From Raillietiella orientalis (taxonomy: Eukaryota): a stretch of 64,000 nucleotides of DNA. This document shows, in pieces, positions 11,048 through 22,700 of this stretch. Made by a program: the position numbers and the translations under genes. Positions within the stretch are counted from its first letter, which is position 1, and the number at the start of each line of letters is the position of its first letter. The notes beneath the pieces are model-generated. The model saw only the letters and a list, made by a program, of their open reading frames with translations, had not been told where the DNA came from and ran no database searches. The DNA is taken from NCBI GenBank assembly GCA_036172245.1, contig JAYWIR010000014.1, positions 2,604,001-2,668,000 of the forward strand, written 5' to 3'.

Positions 11048-12930
11048 AAGGACGAGTCCGCCCCTCTGGAAAGGGAGCCGACGGTCGCGCAGTTCGTCCT
11101 ATGCAGCATCAACAGGAGAACAGGGAGGATGGGGCATCCTGTCCCTCCAGACTAGCAATCCGAGCCGCAGAGCGCATACACAGGAGAGAGCAGAGGGCTC
11201 TCAAATGGGGCGATGTGAGCGCAGACCCTACGGGAGGCAGCCAGGCAGGTAGGCGGTCCTGAGCTCCCTCTATCTGGTAGCACTCGCACCGGAAGGGAAG
11301 GAGGGAATCCTTCGGGATTTTGTTTGTTCCGCGTGCGCGCGCGCGGTTATCCCGGAGTTTCCTTCCTCCGAGAGGGTGGTGTAGGCGGAAGAGAGGACTG
11401 GAAGGATAATCCCGCTCTCAGGAGAAAGGTGCTTCTCGCGAAAAGGGAGAGCCCTGTCTCCTTGTCCTTGAAGGATTCTTGCACATGGAAGGAGCGGGGA
11501 AGAGCGAGCACATGAGCAGGAGAGGAGGAGGGGGGGGGGGACACGCGAACCTCAGGGCCGCCGCAGCAGTTCGCGGAGTGCCACCGGACGGGAGACATCG
11601 CCCGGCCGTAGTTTGAAGGTCACCGTGGTTGTGGAGTGCAACTGATTCGGTGAGAGACCCCAGAGCATGCGCGCGAGCTCGGGTCACGTGCCTAGAGGCA
11701 CGTGCGTCTGTGGGAGACGCCGGGAGCGAGCATCGGCCTGACTCCGACCTCTTTGGAGCTCCATACTCACCTCGGTCTCCTTCCCTCCCCCCCTTTTTGC
11801 CGGCTTGTCCCGAGAGATGACTGGATTAGGATCTTGAAGTCAGATTTGCAGAATCCGATGAGCAACGCGGAGGACAGAGGAGGGCCATGTGCGCGACCGT
11901 CCAAGTGGAGGGGAGACTGGTGGGGTAGTCACCTCTCCTCTTCCCTTTCACCTGCGAAGGAGGAGGGAGAAGTGGAAGATGCGCACCCGTTTGCTCCCCC
12001 ATACAGGGAGACCGGGAAATTGCTGACACCGCCCTTCTGAGTGGCCCTCCTCCTTCTTGGATTCTTCCTGGGGCGCCTCGGAAAAGGGGGACGTCCTCGG
12101 GCTCGCACGGTCACCGAGGCGGTCGCCCGCGATAGTATGCTTCTCCCAGTCCCCCTTTCGCACGAGAGGGGCTGCTTCTCGCCGCCCAGAACGGGCGCAG
12201 TGCTGGAGGGGCACCATGGCAACGTCTTCTGGCTGTGTTCTTCCTCTCCCCATCCTGGCTGCCGTGTCTCTGTTCCTCTGCCCGTGCTCCTCCTCCCTGC
12301 CCCCTCGATCGGCCACGTCTCTCATTCATCCACCCACTTCCGTTTTGCACACGTCGCCGCGAGGAGGCCACCTCGGCGCCGGCGGCGGCGTTGGCGGGGG
12401 GAACTGCAGCATCCTTGTGCTTGTGGAAGCGGCGCCGCTTCGGGGCGGGACTCCCCTCCCCCTCTTCTCCCCGCACGGAGAGTCCCGGATGCGGGTCGGT
12501 CGGTCCACCCGAGGGCGACAGCTCCTCTGCGCCTCTTGTTCCGATGACGTCACCTAGGCGCTCAAACTCGCGCCGCCGTGCCGCCACTCCCAAGGACGCC
12601 GCCAACCGGAGCTTCCCCGCTCCTTCCTGTTTTTTTCCCGGCTTGAACTCCTCCTCCTCCCTCCTGCCTCTTCCTCTCTCGCCCTCAGAGGAGCAGCGGT
12701 GCCCTCGAGTCCCCCGGCGAGCCTCTTCTTCCCCTCCTCTCCCCTCACCCGAAGAGGGGTCTCTTCGCAGACCCCAACCTCAGCAAAGACACCCTCCTTC
12801 CCCCTCCTCCCGCCCAGCCTGCGGGCGGCTTCCCTCATCCCCTTCGCGCACGGCAGGCGGGCCGGAGGACCGCCAAGAGGAGCACTGGCGGCGCCCTCCT
12901 AACCGGGTATCCGCCCCAGGGAACACAACC

Positions 12931-13630
12931 ATGGAGGACGCCATCCTCGAGGAGGACCAGGCAGCCATCCCAGGAGTGCAGTTCGCCCTGTGCGGCATCG
13001 ATAGGAAGGCGGAGCTTCTGGACAACTTCGACCGGAGTTTTGGGATCCTGGGAGCGCTCTGCAGCCTCGTGGGGGCATCCACTCGTACCACTCCTTCGAC
13101 TCTTACATCGACCTCGTCGTCCCGCAGGACGTGTTCTACGTGGCCCTGGACGAGGCCACCGGTCGCGTCGTCGCCATGGCGATCAACGAGATCATCGAGA
13201 CCGGAGGCAAGAAGGTCATTATGCAACAGCTGCGGAGCGCGATGGAAGAGAGCCCGCGGAACAACGCGGACACGCGCGCTCGCCTGCGCCTCTTCGGCAG
13301 CTTCCTGGACCGCCTAGAGAAGCGGCCCCTCGGGAGCGGCAGACACTTCTACTTGTCCATGATGTCGGTGCTGCAGGAGTACCAGAAGTGGGACATCCAC
13401 GACCGGTTCATGGTCATCAGCCTCCGGAGGGCTGCCACCGCCCGCCGCCACATCGTTAGCGCCACCGTCACCTCGGCCTTGTCCAGGAGGACCTACGAGA
13501 GCCGCGGCTTCGAGCGAGTCGACGAGCTGCCATACGCCGGCTTCAGGAGCCCGGACGGAGGGCTCACCTAACTTGAGGACATCCCAACTAGGATCGTCGA
13601 GACGGCGATCCACTACGTGAAGGTGCTGGG
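12931..13630 (+). pseudogene. Arylalkylamine N-acetyltransferase (AANAT/DAT)-like GNAT pseudogene, intronless
   Basis: ATG 12931 MEDAILEEDQ...SFGILGALCSLVG. A frameshift at the G run 13071-13075 leads into YVALDEATGRVVAMAIN...FYLSMMSVLQEYQKWDI...ATVTSALSRRTYESRGFERVDELPYAGFRSPDG. An in-frame TAA at 13569-13571 is followed by LEDIP...AIHYVKVL. Motif order fits invertebrate AANATs. Confidence 0.75.
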
Positions 13631-13639
13631 GCACCCAGC

Positions 13640-13925
13640 CCCCACTGGTCCATGGGAGATCTTTTTTAGGATCAGCCAATCTCTGAGCAGTGCGGGACAC
13701 GTCAGAATATGTAGCTTCGTGTCTATATCTCCGCATGTCTGGCAATCTTCGTCTGCCCTTTTTCCAGTGAAGTATTTCAGTCTTGCTCCACTGAGAATTC
13801 CTCCGTGATAAAACATCAGGAGGTTATCCTGGGTATCTGGTGGAAGGTCACTTCTCCATATTGTTGTGCCTATCGCAAACAGGTTGATTTCATCACTCCC
13901 GTAGCGATCAGCAGCTTCCTTCATT
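13640..13925 (-). mobile_element. Non-LTR retrotransposon C-terminal fragment with CCHC (zf-RVT-like) motif
   Basis: ORF 13613..13924 contains IW...LLMFYHGGIL...CQTCGDIDTKLHILTCP...W, a typical post-RT zinc knuckle. The segment is more AT-rich than its neighbours. Confidence 0.65.
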
Positions 13926-13929
13926 GGTG

Positions 13930-15060
13930 TTCTTCCCGCTCACTGGATGTTCGGCAGGTGACATCATGATGATGAGTCCCTCCTGGAGCTGCTGATGTTC
14001 TCCGCGCAGGGAGAGGGGGAGTTGTGTGCGTTGGCCGCAGTCTACCTGCCCGCGTTCCCGTTCTTTTCCTCACGGAGTTGACCATGGCGCAACGCTCTTT
14101 CTTGAGACGAAGGCACGTCCTGCTTGTCGAGTAGACCCTCGATCTCTCGGCGAGGGTCATCCACGCTTGATGGTGGTTCATCTGAGACCTCTTCGTCTTT
14201 GCGTTGGTTCGTCTGGCTGGACTGCCGCCGCCTCTGTTGCCGTCTCCATGGTGTGCGAACCTCGTCTAACCGAATGGACAACCATGCCCGCATCGGAGGC
14301 CATGTGGCAGCCTGAACTCATGGAGTCAAGAGGGAAGATGGGTTAGAGCACCTGGAAAGAATCGACGCAGAGAGATGGGGGGCTGTCACTGGTTCGGGTT
14401 TTCCCCGCAAGATGATGCTGGTTGGTCCATAACCGGGTGAGGTGCTGGTCGAAGCTGGTACGAACCGGATGCCCCCGATGAGTGACCGGCATTGGAAGTC
14501 GACGCTCTGGGATCCTTCCAGGAAACATAATCAGAGGGTCCGGTTCCCTTCGGGGTGACTCTCCGGTTGCGGACCTTCCCTCCCTAGGAATGATCTCTGC
14601 GCTCGCGGTCCTGCCGAAGTGGCGGCGTTTCCGCTCTACACACGCCGCCGCACGGCCGGGCTTCCTACGGTGGACCGTGCGCGAGCGGCATAAGTCGGGC
14701 ATCGTTCGTGCGCGGACACTGGGGTGTCCTTCTGCACGCGCAGCCTCCTGAGATCTTGGACCCTGCCGAAGCAGCCCTTCCTATGCACCTTCTTCCGAAG
14801 GGTGGAAGGGGTCTTGCCGTGTTCCCGGTAGTGCGCACGTCTGTGCCCGACAGGTAAGCCGTCGTGGCGGACCTGTCCGGCACGCCGCGCAGGACTCTAC
14901 CGTTTGACTCGAGGCCGTCGGTGTGGACGGGACATCTGGTCGAGGTCAACCCTCTTTCGGTCGACCGCTGGGCGGGTGTCGCGCGCCGCGTTGTCGTTGC
15001 GTGCACCGCCCGTTGGGAAGGTGGCGACAACCACTTTCGGACCGGTCCCACTGGGGGAGA
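13930..15060 (-). mobile_element. Another diverged copy of the GC-rich repeat family, with an upstream C2H2 finger remnant
   Basis: 14280-14560 aligns to 63510-63690 (peptides NQHHLAGKTR vs NQLHPAGGTR; FPGRIP vs VPGRHP). A frameshifted CAAC...HRRAHYREH lies at ~14890-14820. Confidence 0.55.
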
Positions 15061-15100
15061 GCGACTAGTGAGGCTAGGATGGGGACGAAACTGAGCCGTG

Positions 15101-15470
15101 ATGGTGGCGAACTCGCTCCTGAGGGCCACCTCCCTCCATTCTGTCGCGCCAGAAGGATCGAATGGAATGCACCTCTCTATCGGCGCAGCTGTCCCTCCAG
15201 ACCAGCGGGCCACCACCTCGCTGGGGCGCTGGGTTCTCCCCCTAAACGGAGCGTAGGCAGGGGATGCCGCTTTGGGGGCGAAGCCCAAGCTGGGGCTGCT
15301 GAACGGCGTGTAGGTGATCGTGGGCATCATCATCGGCAGCGGCATCTTGGTGACCCTCCACAGGGGTGCTGCGGCTGGTCGGTTCCGTCAACGTTTCGCT
15401 GATCGTTTGGGCGCTCTGCGATCTCTTCCTCATGGCCGGGGCCTGCTGCTACGCCGAGCTAGGCTGCATC
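15101..15470 (+). pseudogene. SLC7 L-type amino-acid transporter light chain (LAT family) 5' fragment, pseudogene
   Basis: Frame from ATG 15101 reads ...[25 protein letters not shown]. After a frameshift at ~15357 it reads [37 protein letters not shown], the conserved TM1-TM2 signature. In-frame TAG at 15254 and 15311; no downstream remainder found. Confidence 0.85.
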
Positions 15471-17099
15471 TCGACGACGGGATCCCGACGACTCCGAGGA
15501 TTTCCTCCCCTGGTCACGCCGGGACACTGATTTAAAAATAAACACGCAAAGAGGGCAGGAAATGACATCCCGCCGAGTCGAGCAATTCTCCAGGGGGCGC
15601 CGACGAGGTCCGTGACCGGAAGGTAAAGGGAACGGGGAAGAAACGGCGCCAACGAAAAAGTAAAGGGGGGAAAAAGGTCTTTTTATGTTTGTGCATGGTC
15701 GTGTGTGGGGAGGAGGGGGGGGGGAAGGGAAAAGATCGCTGCCCATTCCGTTGGGTTATCTGGATTGGGGTATCTGGAGCGCTTCGCTTCCTCCCTTTCC
15801 TCGGGCCCTCATCAGTCTCTTCGTGGGGGTTCCTTCCGGGAAGCAATGCTGACCCCTCGCGGGCGCCTCCGGAGGTTGCGGCTCGCGGGACTCTCCTCTC
15901 GTCGGATGTTGCCAGGGTGTCTTGTCGGGACGTGGGGTGACCATCGGACGGGGTCGAACCCTTCGGATGGGGGAGCCACCCTTTTGTCCGGAGGCACACC
16001 GTCGCGCCAGACGCCCGGAGCTGCTTCGCCATCCGCGCATCCCCGGTCGGGACCGTGCTGGCGCTCAATGTGACTCGTTCCCGGGAGAGAAAGTGAGTCG
16101 CCGCTCGGTTTTCACACCGATCCCGGCTCTGCCTTGCAATCTCGGGACGTGCCGCGGAAGCCGCGCCTTCGGTTCCTTGCCGGGTTCACGGCTGGCTGCA
16201 AACGATTCCTCCCGTCTACCTTTTCCCTCACGCGCGCCACGAACCGCCCACTTCGCGCTACACCCGCTGTCACCCGTCCTGCAAACACCCACCTCCTCCT
16301 TTCAGGCAGCCCATCCTTATCACCAAGGCTGTGAGAGGAGGAAGCTCGGAGCAGCTCATCGGAGCCCCTGGCAACAACTCATACCATCAATTCCTTGTTC
16401 TCCTTCACCTCATCCGTAGTGAATCAGGCTGGGAAAACGTGCATACAGTGGTGGTGGCAGCGCGCCCCTGCTTTTCCCTATGGCAGCTGCAGCGCCATCA
16501 CCCTCTCCGGCGCGCCACAGGAACTCCCGCAATCGACCCCCTCCCACCGCAGCAAGACTACTTGCTTTGTCTCCCCTGCGAAGCTCTCAGACGCCACCAA
16601 GCGGGAATGCTCCAAGAGTCCTGTTTCCCGCGCCATTTCTGGGATGCTGGGCTTTCTCATCCGACGACGCGGAGGGTGGTGAGACGAAACCATGCAGTCC
16701 GTCGGAATCGCCCCACCCCTCTCTCGAGTGGTGAGGGTTGAGCATTCTGCTGCCGCTCTTCACCTCGCCCGCCTTGTGGTCCGTTTCCGGGAGGATAAGG
16801 AGATGTGTGGTGTGGGTGCCCGCCGCTTCTTCCTGCAACATCGCGCGCCTATGTCCGGGCGCGCTCGCTCCTTCTTTTCCAAGAGTGGGGGTGAAGAAAA
16901 ATCCCACCGTAGAGCGAGCCGCTCCACCACAGCTCGATTGCCGTTGACTCCAGGAAGAGTGGCATCCTCCCTCGCTCGCTGGCGAACCGGGAATACCCGA
17001 GATGCGAACGCTCGGTCAGCGTGACCCCATGGATCTCAGAGCAGGGTTGCCTCGTCACGGAATGACGGCTCGACGGTGGACCTGGTACGGAGCCAGGCT

Positions 17100-19740
17100 C
17101 TTCGGTCAGAGTGCACCCGAAGCCTTTGAGGATGGCAGCGAGTTCATCCGCACGGAGTCTACGGGAAGGATGGGCTCGCGTCGCACAGCAACAGTCAGCG
17201 ACAAAATCCGTTCGATGACTCTCTTTAGGTTCTCATCCTGATCCCAGTTTTTGGTTCTTCCTACTAGCAACCGGTGCGCTGCTAAATCGAGAACGAATGA
17301 GTCCGCTTGGGGTGTTTGTCGCAAGTACTACTATCAAGAATGATGCATCCTTGTTGTCATAAGCAGTGGGACAAGGGTGTGCTCTCCGAATTTCTGGCCT
17401 TCGTTTCGCAAACAAGTACGAAACGAAAAATGGAGTTCGAAGCCATTGCTATGCCAGACAGTGAGCGGTGTCGATCATAGATGTCACTGCTTCTCTGCGA
17501 ATGCTCTAGCAACGGTTTGACGCCTGTTTCAAGAGTGGAGTGCCACTGCGTCTGCCCCATGACTACAAACCCCGCCTGAGCGTTCGATTTTTGACTTCGG
17601 ACCGTTATTCGCTCGAGCTTTCGGGAACAATTAACCTGCCGTGGACCAGGGAATCCTTGCATTCCTTCCATTTCAGAATTCCCGCTATCGGTTGCACAGG
17701 GAGGATGTTAAGCCATCCGTGGAAACGCCGGCTATCGGACTCGAAGATGCTTCCTTTCTCACCTCAGGCCCTCTTACTACGACATCAGGTCTTATGGTCT
17801 CTTCCCATGCCTTCGAGCAGCCCACACCCTCTCAGCCCTCTGCACTTTCCTGTTCCCTCAACCAGCGTCGTGGGCGATGGCCCCGCAAGCACCTACCACG
17901 TTACAGAACTAAGGATTCTGAGCTTTGCGGCCACTCCAGAGAAGGTGCCTTCGGCTGCTTTCCTCGTCTCGAGGTAACTTCCTCAGAGTCTTTGATCTTT
18001 CTGATGCTTTTCAATTCAGTACGAAATACAGAAGGCACGAAGACATGCACGCCGAAGAGATGCGTTCCGCAGGCAGCGATAGCACCGAAACACTCAAGGC
18101 GCGAAGACATGAGTGGTTGTTCCTGGATTGCTGCTTGGCTGGGAGCGAAGGAAAGTTCATACCAGCGTGTGCTCGCTGCTGCAGGAGACTCCGTGAGCGC
18201 GTGGACCTTTCGGTCCCAAGGAGTCGACCATAGCGGACCTTCAAGGAACCCCACCGGACGAATGGCGAACCTCGAGACGAGATGCGCGAGCTCCTCCCGC
18301 AAGGTTGGACTCCTCTTCGCGGGATCAGCGGCTTCCCTCTTTCCCATCCCTTCCCCCTCGGAGGAATTCGCCGTGGCTCCGGAGAGCCCTGAGGCGACAT
18401 CAGGCTGGCGCGGGTAGGACACCCGGCCTACTGCTTCTGCGGTGCTGTTCTCCCGCTGATCCAGAAGCCTTGTCGGAATCGGTTGTGGCGTCCAGAGTCG
18501 CGGCAGCAATTGCCAACCGCCAAGGGTCAGGAGACGAGGAGACGCCCAGATCAGATCGCCTCATGCCGAAAGCGCTATGGAGAGCTCTGGCGCCAAGAGC
18601 CGGCCCTCTGGCTCCTCCCTCTTCTCCTCCTCTCTTGCGGCCTGGTGACGATGCGATGAGGTCACGGAGGAGCTTCCGGAAGGGCGAAGAGCGGACAACA
18701 AGAGAGGAGGGGAGGGTCACGCGAGTCTTCTCAAGCTCGACTCTCTCTTGGGGGACCCGGAAAGAGGGGTGGGGAGGTGGGCGGATCCGGATGGCTCCCG
18801 CGGCCGGGATAGGACAGCGGAGGATTGTTAGCGGAGCCTGCGGGTTTGCTTCTCCTGGCCCGGAAGTTCGGCAGCGAGGTCAAGACCGAGCGCCTGGGTT
18901 GACCCCGAAGCAGACAGTCGGAGGGCCTCTGTCCCGCGGCCGCGATGCGATGGAAAGACCGCGCCTGCGCGCCGCCGAATCCGATCCCTGCTTCACTATC
19001 TGCCAGCGGCGGCGCCACCGTCCTCTTTGGTGATCCCCAGGAGCTTCCGCAACCAGCTTCCTCCCTCCAAGCTTGGACGAGATCCCCCCCCTCAGGACCC
19101 CATGACTTCCGCCGGACCCCCCAGAGAGTTGGGCGGCGGCTTGCGTTCGCCTCAGGGTGAGGAGTCGGCTCAAGGAGGGATTCAAAGGTGCGGATGCAGC
19201 TCCCACCCTCTTTTTCCAAATTCCTTAATCCGGGGAGGCAAGGCGTGGGAGAGGGAAGGGGGAAGATGGGGGCTCTGCCGCCGCCTCGCGCCTCATCGGG
19301 AGCGCGCATTCCGCCTCCGGATTTCGGTCAGACGATCCGCGTGCGGTGACCATCTCCTGGAATCAGCAGCGAATCTCCCCCCCCCCCCCCTTCGCTTCCC
19401 CATCCGCTTGCCTGCTTGATGCGCGCGCCTCGTTCCATCCTGGCGACTGCGCCCGACTGTACCCGTGCTGCGGCACCCGCGTGCCGCCTCTCCCGGGAGT
19501 CACCCAGGGTTCTTCAGCTCGTGGGAGACCGGCGCCTCGAAGCCGCTGTCGAGCATCGAACCCCATAAACTCTTCCTCCCTTGCAGGGCTCTCAGCCGCG
19601 CCTGGAGCTCTTCGATCGCTTCCCGGCTAGGCGCGCTCTCCTCGAGGTGCACTTCAGGGAAGGAAGGGGACGTTCTTGCTGGGAGCTTGAGCGGTCGTGA
19701 GTTCCCACAAACCCTGGGTGCTCCACGGGTACGGGAAAAC
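17100..19740 (-). mobile_element. Decayed non-LTR retrotransposon: GC-rich family region followed by R2/NeSL-like RT remnants
   Basis: Minus-strand motifs in RT order: AQAGFV (~17580), ctggcatagcaatggcttcgaactcc similar to LDIAKAFDS (~17455), TPLSHCL (~17375), ADSFVL (~17300). Upstream, 18520-18750 resembles 62780-63000 and 19620-19740 resembles 3290-3445. Confidence 0.5.
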
Positions 19741-22700
19741 TGATCTGCTGATTTGCATTAGGCGGAAGCATCCTCTTCTAGGTGTAATGAACCATCGCGT
19801 TCTTGCAGACCTTGCACAAGAACCCATGATGACGAGGGAGGATTAGAGAACGAACATCTTTCTGAAGTGGAGATACGAATAAAAAAAAAAATAAAAATAG
19901 AAACATCTGACTCAGAAGTACAGGACTTTTTTTTCCTCTCTTTCGCTTTCTTTGTACGCAGGAGAATCGCCTGCTTGCCATAGCAGGGAATAATTCACGC
20001 ACTGTCACGAAACGAGTGGCGGAATCACGTTGCGATCACTCGCTGCCATCTAGTATCACAAAAAGAAAGCAGCAGACTCCACAAAAGGGGCGGTTCCAGC
20101 GCGACTGGTAAGATAACACGCTGCTTTGGCGTCATGCAAGAAAATGAGTAAGGTCTCTCTCTACACACTGCCGCCCAATGTTTCAAAGTGAAATTGCGCA
20201 AACAAAAACAAACAAACATTTTCAGGATTTTTTTTTTCTTTTTTTCGTTTTTTTCTTTTCTCACCTTATGGTAAGGAATACGGTTTGTATACTAATACCA
20301 GCAGCTAACAGAGGTGCTGTTTCACGTTCTGGTACTGAGGTCTTTCGGATCCTCGAAACTTGGCACCCACCATGAACTCAAGTTACCGCACGAGATATCA
20401 GCCACCTAGAGCAGGAAGCAGGAACGATCGACTTGGATGGAGGAAAACTTGGAATCCCATTTGTTTGTATTCACGGAAATAGCTGGATCTCGCAAGGGTG
20501 CATGCTAATGAGGACTGTCTCGGTGAAAAGTGCTGACGAGCCATTCATCTTTTCAGTTCCATTCGTTTGTGTGTTTACACTTCTGTGGCGACCACACAGA
20601 GGACACAAAGGACAGCTGGTCAGCACAGAAAGAAAGAAAAAACGAAGGATCTCCTGTATTTTACCAAGATTCTGCAGCGGGAAATCAATGCCTCTTTAAC
20701 GTGGTGTTGGTGTGACTGTTTCGGAGAATACCTTTGGCTCCTCCGTGCCGACAACATTCCTCCAGAGACTGATTCGTAATTACACTTTGCCTAGCTGTGA
20801 CATGGCAGGAACCATCGAAGCGCCAAAGCAGTTTGCTGAGGGCTTGGGCCCCGTTCGAGCAAACTGCCAGAGAGGAGCTTCTTCCATGATGGGGAAGGTT
20901 GTCGGAATGGCGGTGGTATTCTCCCTCGTTCGCCGCGCGTGCCACGTGCCCAAAGTCCCCCGCAAGTGGAGAGGAAACACCCTCCTCCCTCACCACACGC
21001 GCCAAGTCCACTTCCCACCGGGTCCACTTTCGGAGAGGAGGAGGCGTCGCCAGCCGTCCGGATGGCTCCGGGAGGCGACACCACCCACTTGCACTTTTCG
21101 ACTTGGACAGCTGGAAAGTGGGGGCGCGCGCGGTCCCCGCTGGGCCGAGCCGCGATGCCCGCGCACGCGCCCTCCGGCGCACTTGAAATCGATTCGTTTG
21201 AGCATAATGGTTCATTAACGGCTGCGGAAAGTTTGATAGCGAGTTGACAGCGGCTTTGTAGCAGTCCGCATTGTATGTTTCAGATTGTGCCACCGTTTTG
21301 CGGAAGCATTCCTAATCCGTCATCAGAAAATAGGTATTATGTTCATTAAGAGTTGATGTACCTTTGAGTTTGTATATGCGAGGCGTGCACTGTTACGATT
21401 ATTGGGTCCCTACGAGAAAGTTCGTGGAATGGATGCCGTTAACATCCCGAAACAGCGACAAAAAGGAAAAAAAAAGGAAGTCCCTGTTGGTTTTGTGTGT
21501 GCATTCATCCCATTGTTCTCGTTGTTTGCTCGCTGCGTGTGATCCTAAGGGAAGACTCGGTTTCTTGTCGATTCCCAGAGCGGAAGATGTTTACTTGTGA
21601 GACGTTCCGAAAACGGCCTCTGGTCGAGCGGCTTCTGCTTCCATTGCGTTCCGGCAAGCAATGGGAGGAGGTGGTCTCCAGCACGGATGCATGCAGGATC
21701 ACCCAGGTGAAAGAGATGGACCCCTTTCCGGGATCCCAAGCGGTGCTCAGGTGCGGCCGAACTGCCACCCATTTGCCTTGGCCATCTTGCTCGTAAGGGT
21801 GTATTCCGTAGAGCTTTTTTGTCGGCTGGGTTCTTGTGTCAAAGGCTTCTCGGTTCTGGCAACGCTTCCAAATCCATAGGTTTTTCCGTTGAGGGCTAAC
21901 AAGCATGCATGTGAGCTGCTGGAAACACGGCATTTCGATATGGAAGCGAGGCTTGAGGGGATTGCATTTGTTTCCGATACGGTCATTTATCATGCCTTCT
22001 TCTCAGCCCCACACCCTCGAGAAATAACTTCCTTCGATGCGGTTGATGTGAGAAAACGTTCGTAAAAACTCTCTCTCTGACTGCGAATTTCGCAAAAATT
22101 TCCCCGAAGATAAATCAGGGCCTACGTTTTTACTGTCACACGCAGCATCTCTTGCCGACTTCCCACAGCCGTCAGTTTCCACGTCTCGTGTTTTGTTCTG
22201 TTGGTAGACTGGACGACATGGAAAGCTCTCTGAAGCACGAATTAAGGGAAACACGTAGAGCACGAAATGAATGGTTTGCACCTCTGGTGATGCTGGATTG
22301 CGCGTTTCAAGTGTTCGGAGAGAGACACCGTTCACTTGGCTTGCCGTGGTGAGTCCAATACGTAAGTGCAGCAGCGTTTCTGTGTTGAGTCTGCGACCCA
22401 CTTCTGATCGTCGCTTGCCTCATCCCTCGAAATAAACGGTTCATTTCGGGGAGAAAAACAAACAAATTAATATCGATAGATGCGAAAAAAACAAAACAGA
22501 AAAGCATTTTTTCCATTTTGCGGAAAGAAATCATTCCGAGCCTCTCTTGAGAAGATGGAGAACGCGTAGGTGTTGTACTCTGCGTTGGTGATTTGCTTTC
22601 CTCTTCTACCAGTTGCGAACTGCTTGCATCCATTATTATTTTGGTACAATCTTCAGCCTCGTCTCGAAATGGGCGCTTATCAAGCAATTTTTTCTTAGTC

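Noticed and set aside
15790..15830. CTGATGA hammerhead-like core on the minus strand (also 57778 on plus)
   Set aside because: No correctly placed GAAA or closing stems; not a supportable ribozyme.
16400..16670. FWDA motif suggesting a mariner transposase
   Set aside because: Single short motif with no other catalytic motifs in register.
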